A DNA stretch of 64,000 nt, from positions 43,902 to 107,901 of the forward strand of contig NZ_JAMXFA010000001.1 in assembly GCF_025370785.1 (NCBI RefSeq), read 5' to 3'. The stretch is from Laspinema olomoucense D3b. Lineage in GTDB: Bacteria > Cyanobacteriota > Cyanobacteriia > Cyanobacteriales > Laspinemataceae. Shown here one piece after another: positions 20,671 through 28,655 of the stretch (position 1 is the first letter of the stretch; each line of letters starts with the position of its first letter). The notes beneath the pieces were generated by a model. It was not told the DNA's origin. It ran no database searches and worked only from the letters and a program-made list of their open reading frames with translations. Made by a program: the position numbers and the translations under genes.

Positions 20671-21175
20671 GAAGTTGTTGCCGCGATCGCTTTTCTGGGT
20701 CAGGGTAAAACTCAAGAAAGGCGATCGCTGCATAAGGTTATCTCACTTTTCCGGCAGTAGGTTCCCGAGTTGGCTCACTTACTGTAAAAATTTCTAATAG
20801 AACCTATCCAGTTTTATAGCATTGTTTCCGAGTTGTTATTTTAGCAAACCCCCACCCCAGAAATACGGTACAAGTGTTAGAGCGATCGTCAGCTATTTTA
20901 AAGGTGGACCGATGGAATTGCTCACTCTAACCCTTGTAAAGTTCCCCTCTCCTATCAGCGATCGTCGTGATTTTATGTGATTACCATAACGCAATCAATC
21001 GGCGTTAATGGTATGCTTAGACTGATCCATTGAAAATCATTCACCGGCCCTGACTTAAGTGCGGTTTATTCCATCAGGGTCCGTCCGTTTTCCCGAACCC
21101 TATTCCAACATCCTACAATTATCCCAGTGCCGGGGATTTTTATAAATCGGGTTTTCCACCCCATCCCAAAAATCG

Positions 21176-22252
21176 ATGAAAATGTTTGTTCCAGGTCGTC
21201 TTTGTTTATTTGGAGAACACAGTGATTGGTCCGGGGGATACCGAAGTATCAATCCTGCTCTCCACAAAGGATACACCCTCAGCGTCGGTACTAATCAAGG
21301 GATTTATGCTGAAGTCAAACCCCATCCGACCCACCTGATTCTTCACTCTTGTCTCACCGATGGTACTCGTAAAGAATTGTTACAAATTCCGATGGAACGA
21401 GAGGTATTACTGGCCGAAGCAAAAAAGGGTGGTTTTTTTAGTTATGCCGCCGGAGTCGCCTATCAAGCATTGACTCTTTATCACGTCCAAGGGATAGAAA
21501 TTGATAACTATAAAACTGATTTACCCATTCAGAAAGGGTTAGCCTCCAGTGCAGCTATCTCCGTTCTCGTCGCCCGTGCATTCAATCAGTTGTACGAGTT
21601 AAAATTAACCCTTCGTGGTGAAATGGAATTAGCTTATTCCGGTGAAATCACCACTCCATCTCGCTGTGGCCGCCTCGACCAAAGTTGTGCTTACGGCAAC
21701 CGCCCGGTGATGATGGTGTTTGATGGACAGCATATTAATATTATAGAACTCCACAGTCTAAAAAATTTATTTTTTGTAATTGTTGATTTAGCCGCTTCTA
21801 AAAACACCCATGAAATTCTCAGCATTCTCAATCAATGCTATCCCTTTGCCACCAATGAAATTAAGCAAAACGTTCATAAATATTTAGGAGAAATTAGCGC
21901 CCGAATTACCCAGGAAGCTGCCACTGCCCTAGAACAGGGGAACGCCGAATCCCTCGGGGCCTTAATGAAGCAAGCCCAAACCGAATTTGACCGCCATTTA
22001 ATTCGGGCCTGCCCCTCCCAATTAACTGCCCCCGTCCTGCACTCGCTTCTCAAACATCCGCCGCTGCAAAGCTTAATTTTGGGCGGAAAAGGCGTCGGTT
22101 CTCAAGGAGACGGTACAGCACAGTTCCTCGTGAAAAATCAGGAGAATCAACAGCGCGTGATTGAACTGATTAAACGAGATTTCCCGCAAATGCAGTGTTT
22201 GAAGCTGGTGATTTCCGCCTCTGCGGCTGAAGTCACACCAGAAGAAATCTGA
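21176..22252 (+). CDS. GHMP-family sugar kinase
   Basis: Motif 1 is PGRLCLFGEHSDW, the galactokinase-like PGRVNLIGEH pattern. Motif 2 is LPIQKGLASSAAISV, the GHMP ATP-binding loop. Confidence 0.7.
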   Translation: MKMFVPGRLCLFGEHSDWSGGYRSINPALHKGYTLSVGTNQGIYAEVKPHPTHLILHSCLTDGTRKELLQIPMEREVLLAEAKKGGFFSYAAGVAYQALTLYHVQGIEIDNYKTDLPIQKGLASSAAISVLVARAFNQLYELKLTLRGEMELAYSGEITTPSRCGRLDQSCAYGNRPVMMVFDGQHINIIELHSLKNLFFVIVDLAASKNTHEILSILNQCYPFATNEIKQNVHKYLGEISARITQEAATALEQGNAESLGALMKQAQTEFDRHLIRACPSQLTAPVLHSLLKHPPLQSLILGGKGVGSQGDGTAQFLVKNQENQQRVIELIKRDFPQMQCLKLVISASAAEVTPEEI

Positions 22253-22277
22253 TGGCCTTTTTTTTTACATTTTTAAT

Positions 22278-23171
22278 ATGAAAAAATCAACTTATCCAAT
22301 TCGCAAAGCAATTATTCCCGCCGCCGGATTTGGCACGCGCTTGTTTCCCGCCACGAAAGCTGTAAAGAAAGAATTATTACCGATTATTGACGGCCAGGGT
22401 CGAGTGAAACCCACGATTTTAGCTATTGTGGAAGAGGCCATCAGTGCCGGAATCGAAGAGGTGGCAATTATCGTCCAACCCAGTGACTGTCACCTGTTTG
22501 AAAGTTTCTTAAAAGCCCCGCTAAACCCTCATCATTATAACAAACTTTCCCCGGAAAATAAAGCTTATAGCGAGTATTTACAAGAATTAGGGGAAAAAAT
22601 TACCCTGTTAATTCAGGAGGTTCAGGAGGGGTATGGTCATGCGGTGTTTTGTGCGAAAGACTGGGTAAGTGATGAACCGTTCCTGCTGTTTTTAGGGGAT
22701 CATGTTTATTTGTCAGATACGGAACTCTCTTGTGCCAGCCAACTGGTGGAGGTTTATAACCGGGTGGGAAAAAGTACCGTTGCCCTCACGGTAACCCCTG
22801 GGGAGGAAATTTATCACTGTGGTTGCGTGACGGGGAATTGGCAAGATAACGACAAAATTTTATCCCTCACCCAAGTCTGCGAAAAGCCGGATTTAGACTA
22901 TGCCCGAAAACACTTAAAAGTGGAAGGATTAAGGGGCGATCGCTTCTTAACCGTCTTTGGAATTTACGCCCTGACTCCCACAATATTTGACTTTCTCGAA
23001 GCCAATATCCGCAATAATCTCCGAGAGAAAGGAGAATTTCAGCTCACCACTTCCCTAGAACAAGTCCGGCAAGCTGAAGGGATGTATGGCTATCAAATCA
23101 AAGGACGGTGTTTCGATACAGGAATGCCCGATGCCTATTATCAGACCTTCATCGAGTTTCGCCAGGGGTGA
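22278..23171 (+). CDS. UTP-sugar-1-phosphate uridylyltransferase (GalU/UGPase-like nucleotidyltransferase)
   Basis: The N-terminal block AIIPAAGFGTRLFPATKAVKKELLPI matches the UDP-glucose pyrophosphorylase signature. Confidence 0.7.
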   Translation: MKKSTYPIRKAIIPAAGFGTRLFPATKAVKKELLPIIDGQGRVKPTILAIVEEAISAGIEEVAIIVQPSDCHLFESFLKAPLNPHHYNKLSPENKAYSEYLQELGEKITLLIQEVQEGYGHAVFCAKDWVSDEPFLLFLGDHVYLSDTELSCASQLVEVYNRVGKSTVALTVTPGEEIYHCGCVTGNWQDNDKILSLTQVCEKPDLDYARKHLKVEGLRGDRFLTVFGIYALTPTIFDFLEANIRNNLREKGEFQLTTSLEQVRQAEGMYGYQIKGRCFDTGMPDAYYQTFIEFRQG

Positions 23172-23250
23172 AAATTGGGCTGGCTCCAACTCAGCCGGAT
23201 TGACATTTGATACCATAGATTAGAAACTTAGCAAAATTGACAAAACTCCG

Positions 23251-23928
23251 ATGAGAAAACTTGGCTTTGGATTGATATGGATTGGACTAATCATTTATGC
23301 TTTTGGATTTGCACCCCCGGATAACCCCACCGCCACCTTTAACTTAATTAAAAACCTAGTAACTGGAGAATGGGAGGGAATCAACCCCCTGATTATTGCC
23401 CTGTTTAATATCATGGGAGTATGGCCGTTAATCTATAGCGGAGTCCTATTTTTAGATGGAAAAGGTCAAAAAGTTCCGGCATGGCCGTTTGTCACCCTGT
23501 CCTTTGGAGTCGGTGCATTTGCCTTGTTACCCTATCTCGCTCTGCGCCAGCCTAATCCCAACTTTTCGGGGGAGAAAAATTGGTTTTTAAAAGCAGTAGA
23601 CTCGCGAATTTTCGGTGCGATCGCCGCCTTATCAGCCCTCATTTTAGTGGGATATGGCATTACCCAAGGAAATTGGACGGATTACTTCTACCAGTGGCAA
23701 ACCAGCCGATTTATTCACGTCATGACGTTAGACTTTTGCCTGCTTTGCCTCCTCTTTCCCACCATCCTCGGGGATGACATGGCACGACGCGGGTTAAACA
23801 GTCCCGGGATATTTTGGCTAGTCGCCTTAATTCCCCTATTAGGACCGGCATTTTATTTAGCCTTACGTCCCCCCGTCCAAGTTAGCGAGGAAGCAATACA
23901 GATGAAAACTGCTGTCACTCAGGAATAG
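23251..23928 (+). CDS. hypothetical integral membrane protein
   Basis: Five to six hydrophobic helices are evident. No family is recognisable. Confidence 0.4.
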   Translation: MRKLGFGLIWIGLIIYAFGFAPPDNPTATFNLIKNLVTGEWEGINPLIIALFNIMGVWPLIYSGVLFLDGKGQKVPAWPFVTLSFGVGAFALLPYLALRQPNPNFSGEKNWFLKAVDSRIFGAIAALSALILVGYGITQGNWTDYFYQWQTSRFIHVMTLDFCLLCLLFPTILGDDMARRGLNSPGIFWLVALIPLLGPAFYLALRPPVQVSEEAIQMKTAVTQE

Positions 23929-23949
23929 TACAGTAGCGGCAGAAGAAGG

Positions 23950-23985
23950 GCAAACCCATCATCTGCTGGGTTTGCTCTTTATTTT
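23950..23985 (+). terminator. rho-independent terminator after the membrane-protein gene
   Basis: The hairpin GCAAACCCA-tcatctgc-TGGGTTTGC is followed by TCTTTATTTTC. Confidence 0.5.
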
Positions 23986-24000
23986 CAGAAAACTCAGTTT

Positions 24001-24020
24001 TTGTCAAAATCCTTTGACAA
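24001..24020 (+). promoter_or_regulatory. perfect inverted repeat TTGTCAAA-atcc-TTTGACAA; putative operator, followed by TATAAT at 24029-24034
   Basis: The palindrome overlaps a TTGACA hexamer about 75 nt upstream of the XRE/ImmA regulator gene. HTH dimers typically bind such sites. Confidence 0.35.
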
Positions 24021-24044
24021 GTTTTCCCTATAATAGCGATAGAT

Positions 24045-24058
24045 TAAAAAATCAACTT
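24045..24058 (+). repeat. TAAAAAATCAACTT motif copy (shared with 26828-26854 and 22281-22293)
   Basis: The 13-mer AAAAAATCAACTT matches exactly at all three sites. Confidence 0.45.
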
Positions 24059-24095
24059 TTACAAAAGCTGACCCCCAACCCTGGAGAATCAAACC

Positions 24096-25196
24096 ATGAA
24101 GGAGACGATCGCAGGCAACCTAACCCGCTACCGCAAAGCTATAGACTTATCTCAAGAACAACTCGCCAACCTCGTCAGCGTCACTCGCCAAAGCATCAAT
24201 AACTACGAAAACGCCAAAACCTTACCCGATAGCAAAACCCTCTCAGCCCTTGCCCGCACCTTGGGCGTCACCCTGGATGACTTGCTGCGCCCAGAATCTA
24301 GACCAGTCACCCCCTTTCGATTTCGCGCCCATGCGGGCATTGACAAACAACCGCAATTTGCCACGCAAGTGCGACGGATGCTGGAGATTTATCAAGCCTT
24401 AGAAGCCGCCGCAGGCATCCCCGCTTATGCCCCAGAAACCCATTCCTGTCACCAATTACCCGGCAACGAAGCACTTATTCAGGCAACAGCCGCCCGGTTT
24501 CGCCGGACCTTGGGATTAGGGGAAACGCCCATTCTCAATTTATTTGCCGCAGTAGAGGAATTGGGGTTAAAAGTCCTCCGCCAACCCATTGCAACTAAAG
24601 GCTTTTTTGGGTTAAGTGCCTGTAGCTTTGCTCAAGGTGCTTTTGTTTTAATTAATACCCATAATATTTCTATTGAACAGCAAATTTTTACTCTAGCTCA
24701 GGAAATTGGTCATTTAATTTTCCATCGAGACGACTATCAAGATAACCTAATAAAACTGGAGAATCAAGGGGAAGAAGGAGCCCGGGAAGCCGTTGCCAAT
24801 TATTTTGCCCAACATTTACTGGTTCCCCAAACCGAATTTGAGCGGTTTTATCAAATTAGCCCGAACTTGATTCAACTCAAACAGCATTTTAGAGTCAGCT
24901 ATCAAGTGATTTTAAAGCGGTTATCGGATATGGGTCGCATCGACTATGGGCGTGAAATCGCAAAGATTCGCAAGATTTATAAACAGCGAAATGGCTTATC
25001 TTTGAGCAACTGCATCGAGTTACCTCCCACCTTAAAGGCAGAAGATTTTCCAGAAAACGAACGGTATCAACAACTCATCTGGCAAGCCTTAAATCGGGGG
25101 AATATCTCAGAACTGAAAGCAGCCGAACTGCTGAATATCACCCTGGAAGAACTGGGGGTTCGTCGTCGAGAGGCGGAGGTCTATGCTATCCCGTAA
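24096..25196 (+). CDS. XRE-family HTH regulator fused to ImmA/IrrE (COG2856) metallopeptidase domain
   Basis: The N-terminal HTH is LSQEQLANLVSVTRQSINNYENAKTLPDSKTLSALARTLGVTLDDLL. An HExxH motif sits in LAQEIGHLIFH. Confidence 0.7.
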   Translation: MKETIAGNLTRYRKAIDLSQEQLANLVSVTRQSINNYENAKTLPDSKTLSALARTLGVTLDDLLRPESRPVTPFRFRAHAGIDKQPQFATQVRRMLEIYQALEAAAGIPAYAPETHSCHQLPGNEALIQATAARFRRTLGLGETPILNLFAAVEELGLKVLRQPIATKGFFGLSACSFAQGAFVLINTHNISIEQQIFTLAQEIGHLIFHRDDYQDNLIKLENQGEEGAREAVANYFAQHLLVPQTEFERFYQISPNLIQLKQHFRVSYQVILKRLSDMGRIDYGREIAKIRKIYKQRNGLSLSNCIELPPTLKAEDFPENERYQQLIWQALNRGNISELKAAELLNITLEELGVRRREAEVYAIP

Positions 25197-25686
25197 CGGC
25201 ACGATTCTCGATGCCACTGCCTTGATTGACTTTCGCTATCTTGACGAGTGGGAGTGGCTGCAACGACACTATCAGCCCTTGTACATTGCCCAAGAAGTTT
25301 TAGACTCAGATCATCTCGAACAGAGTACGCGAGAGACTGCGAAAAAATACTTAATTCCGCTTCCGTTAGAGACTGAAGAAATGTTTGCTAGTTTTCTGGA
25401 GCTTGGCAATAAAGCGCCGCTGCTGAGTGAAGCCGATCGCTCAACTCTAGTTCTTGCTCGTCATCAATTATTATTATGTGCCAGTGATGATAATTTAGTG
25501 GTGAAAATCTGCAAAGAATATGGAATCGCTTACATCAGAACTCTGCGTCTCCTGACAGAGATGGTGCAGACGGGACATAAAAGTAAGATTGAAGTCAAGA
25601 GGATGGCCGAGTTGTTAATTCAAGAGAGAGGTAAACATATTCGGTCATCCATTTTAACCAATTGGTATAATGAGTTGGGGAAGTAG
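25183..25686 (+). CDS. PIN-like protein translationally coupled to the ImmA/IrrE regulator (possibly DUF4411-type)
   Basis: Its start overlaps the upstream stop by 14 nt. The acidic start ILDATALIDF...YIAQEVLDSD resembles PIN-like nuclease beginnings. The family assignment is tentative. Confidence 0.35.
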   Translation: MLSRNGTILDATALIDFRYLDEWEWLQRHYQPLYIAQEVLDSDHLEQSTRETAKKYLIPLPLETEEMFASFLELGNKAPLLSEADRSTLVLARHQLLLCASDDNLVVKICKEYGIAYIRTLRLLTEMVQTGHKSKIEVKRMAELLIQERGKHIRSSILTNWYNELGK

Positions 25687-25794
25687 GACGAATTAAGCAA
25701 TCTATTTTTCCAGGTTGTAAGATTAATTCCTTTGAGGTCAAATTTCAGGCGATCGCCCCTGGTTTTTGGCGAGAGGCGATCGCTTTGAGGGCTG

Positions 25795-26781
25795 TTAATC
25801 AAATAGGGTAGGTTGAATAAATACAGGCGATGGAGTTACAGGCTTTTTCTGCTTTTTCCCCCCCTCCTTAGTCGCCAAATCAACGCCGCGTAGGGTTTGT
25901 GGTCTCCAGAGTACAGTATCTTCAAGATCGTGGTCTTGCGATCGCTTTAAAGCGGTATCACGCCTATTCGTGGCATAGCAATAGGTACAGCCAAACATAC
26001 AGGTTTCATAAGCCCCGATATCCACAGCTTCTACACAGCCACAATCTTGCCGGGTAGGGGCGGCTTTGAGTCCCAAATCAGAATCAGATCTGAGCATTTT
26101 AATAATATCCATATCGATACAGTGAGCTTTCTCCACCCCCATACCGAGTAAAGCATCTTCGCAGCAGGAATACAACTTAATCCCTCGGGGTTCAGCAATA
26201 TCATGCAGTTGCTGAAGCAGTCTACTTTTTTCCTCTAAAGAAGGGCGCTGAAACTTGATGCCATGAGTTTGGGAAACTTTACCCAGGTTACGTTCAGTTT
26301 TGCCGTAAAAATCCACAAAGGAAAAATAACAGCGTCTGGTATAGCCTTCTAGTTGGCGAGTTAGCAAGTCAAACCGTTCCAAATGATAGGAAGCAGGGGT
26401 CACATCACTGAGTACAATGGGGTCATACCGCCACTGCACGAGATCGGGAGAAAGACGCCGTGACAGTTTTTGGAAGGTTTCGATAGATACTTCAATCGGA
26501 GGATTATGGCTTTCTATCGCTTTCGGATAACCGATAATTGTAAAGTGAAAATAAAAGTAGTAACCCTGCTGTTCCAGGAAATCCAGATGCGGCAGTAGTG
26601 GCTTCGGGTTGCGAGTCCAAAAGGCGATCGCCAAGCAGTCCTCTGGTAAAAGCGAGACCCGGTACACCTTGCTGCTGATGGGGTTAAGCCAGTGACAGAA
26701 CCCAGCCTGGATTCGGTTGAGAAACCACTTGGAATAGAACCCCGGAATATCCGTCCGACGACTGGCGCTAATAATCTTCAT
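25795..26781 (-). CDS. DUF1848-like protein with C-terminal Cys cluster
   Basis: The N-terminus MKIISASRRTDIPGFYSKWF is characteristic of DUF1848. The C-terminal cluster CGC...CMFGCTYCY suggests a metal or Fe-S site. Confidence 0.5.
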   Translation of the reverse strand: MKIISASRRTDIPGFYSKWFLNRIQAGFCHWLNPISSKVYRVSLLPEDCLAIAFWTRNPKPLLPHLDFLEQQGYYFYFHFTIIGYPKAIESHNPPIEVSIETFQKLSRRLSPDLVQWRYDPIVLSDVTPASYHLERFDLLTRQLEGYTRRCYFSFVDFYGKTERNLGKVSQTHGIKFQRPSLEEKSRLLQQLHDIAEPRGIKLYSCCEDALLGMGVEKAHCIDMDIIKMLRSDSDLGLKAAPTRQDCGCVEAVDIGAYETCMFGCTYCYATNRRDTALKRSQDHDLEDTVLWRPQTLRGVDLATKEGGKKQKKPVTPSPVFIQPTLFD

Positions 26782-26827
26782 AAAGCTGACGGAGTTGAGA
26801 CATACTGGTATTCTATCAAAAATTGAC

Positions 26828-26854
26828 TAAAAAATCAACTTAAAAATCAACTTT
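26828..26854 (+). repeat. tandem TAAAAAATCAACTT / AAAAATCAACTTT motif in the DUF1848-RT divergent intergenic region
   Basis: Two tandem copies lie at the left edge of the AT-rich, HIP1-free insert. The same 13-mer recurs at 24045 and 22281. Confidence 0.45.
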
Positions 26855-27026
26855 AATCCATAACTGCTGTTTTCTTCCATACTCCTTGTAGTATCCTAAG
26901 AATGTGGCAAATTGAGTGCATAAATTTTTCTCTATATGCCCCTGCTGTTCTGGCTGATGGACTTTCTCAACCAGCTATGCTGTTGATCGGGTTACATCAA
27001 CCGCGTCCTACAACTCGGGGAGCCTG

Positions 27027-28655
27027 ATGACAAACAATTCTCCATTGAACCTTTACTCTTTTCATCCTCACACGGCAGAAGTCTATACGGCTGTCCATAA
27101 ATGGCTGGCTACCCAAAAAGATGCCGAAAAATACAAGAGTGTTCGTTATCCTGGGGGAGATCAACGTAAACAACAAATGGAGGATTTGCTAAATGAACCT
27201 ACCCTTAAAATGGCGGCAGCCCAATACAATATTTTCTTTCCTACCCATTATTTTAAGGTGCTTTACACTTTAGAAAATATCGTAACCTTAGAAAAAATTT
27301 GTAATTGGTTTACGTGCAATCCTCACCTATATTTTATCGATATTGGATGTGGTGCCGGAGCAGCATCTGCTGCATTTTTGCAAACCACTCTAAGTCTTGT
27401 TGAAAATCAAGATATTTGCTTAATTCATCCTTTGTATATTTCCTGCGTGGGGATAGATGTTAATAAAGGTGCATTACCCCTTTATAACCAATTGATGCTT
27501 GAATTTCAAAAAAAATTAATCCCTTGGAACATTAATTTAGAATTTACTCTGGGACTAGGAGGAATTAGAGAAAATATTTTAACAATAAGAAACCATTTAA
27601 TTAAAAAGCGCGAAAAATGGAATCAGCCTTGCTTGTCAAATATTTTAATGTTCCAATCAAACGTAATTGATATGTTGGAACAGGAGCATAGTAAACGGCG
27701 ACAGGAAGATAAAAGTTTAATAGGATATAACGTCAACTCCAACGTTATTTTAAGCGACGATAAATGGTTTGCCGATGATTATGCAATGGTTTATAAGCAG
27801 TTATTTGAAGAAATTCCTGGTGACCTAATGCATACGATTACGATAGGAACTTCAAACAGTGACAATCATCGGGTAAAACAAATGGGCGCTGCAATTGATA
27901 GAATTTTTGGAAGCAGTCGTCATCAGTTTGAATCTGTGGGAAAAGGGACAAAATCATTAACTTTTAAAAACCCTCAAAACTCTTACTGGGAGAATAACCC
28001 AAAAGATACGCATATCTATTTTCATGTTGATGTTAGTAAAATTACTAGCGTTAAGTTAGAAGAAGACCAAGACTGGCATAATGTAACTAGCAGAGACAAT
28101 TTAGAAGTAGCCTGGGTACGTGCAAGAAAACACCTTTTGAAGGAGTCTCTTTGTGATGAAGTAGAAATCCGGCTATTTGAGAAAAATCTTGAAAGAAACC
28201 TAAATCGGCTGCAAGTGTTTTTAGTAGCTTATGTTAAAGAAGTCGATCATGAAGAGGACTATATTTCCTACCCTTTTCCAAAAAAAATCTCCCAAGCTCG
28301 TTGGAGAGGCTTATCTGGCTTAGAAGAAGAAATATTATCCGTGGCAATTATTCAAAAATTAGGCAATAAAGTGGCCGAATTACGAGGCAGCAGCTATGCG
28401 TATCGAATGACCCGGGAACCCGGAAATAAAACTACAGAATATTTATATTCCTCTTGGTTTGGGGCCTATAAAAATTTTGTTAAAGATGCTTGTTTGGCCG
28501 CAGAAAAATTTCAAGCTTGTTTAATTATTCGCGCTGATATTAAATCTTTTTATACCCATATAATTCAGGATAAATTAATAAGTTTAGTTTCTCAAGAATT
28601 AATTGAAAGTAAACGCATCCGCTGGTTGCTGAGATTATTACTTTCAAAAAATTGA
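27027..28655 (+). CDS. reverse transcriptase, N-terminal part (Rossmann/SAM-MTase-like motif plus RT motifs 0-3); ends at a frameshift
   Basis: The N-terminal domain carries a glycine-rich LYFIDIGCGAGAAS block and a CVGIDVNKGAL block, matching MTase motifs I and II. The RT fingers/palm follow in three blocks. Motif 1 is YPFPKKISQARWRGLS, motif 2 is EEEILSVAIIQKLG, and motif A is LIIRADIKSFYTHI. The ORF ends TGA inside the tca-aaa-aat-tga stretch. Confidence 0.7.
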   Translation: MTNNSPLNLYSFHPHTAEVYTAVHKWLATQKDAEKYKSVRYPGGDQRKQQMEDLLNEPTLKMAAAQYNIFFPTHYFKVLYTLENIVTLEKICNWFTCNPHLYFIDIGCGAGAASAAFLQTTLSLVENQDICLIHPLYISCVGIDVNKGALPLYNQLMLEFQKKLIPWNINLEFTLGLGGIRENILTIRNHLIKKREKWNQPCLSNILMFQSNVIDMLEQEHSKRRQEDKSLIGYNVNSNVILSDDKWFADDYAMVYKQLFEEIPGDLMHTITIGTSNSDNHRVKQMGAAIDRIFGSSRHQFESVGKGTKSLTFKNPQNSYWENNPKDTHIYFHVDVSKITSVKLEEDQDWHNVTSRDNLEVAWVRARKHLLKESLCDEVEIRLFEKNLERNLNRLQVFLVAYVKEVDHEEDYISYPFPKKISQARWRGLSGLEEEILSVAIIQKLGNKVAELRGSSYAYRMTREPGNKTTEYLYSSWFGAYKNFVKDACLAAEKFQACLIIRADIKSFYTHIIQDKLISLVSQELIESKRIRWLLRLLLSKN

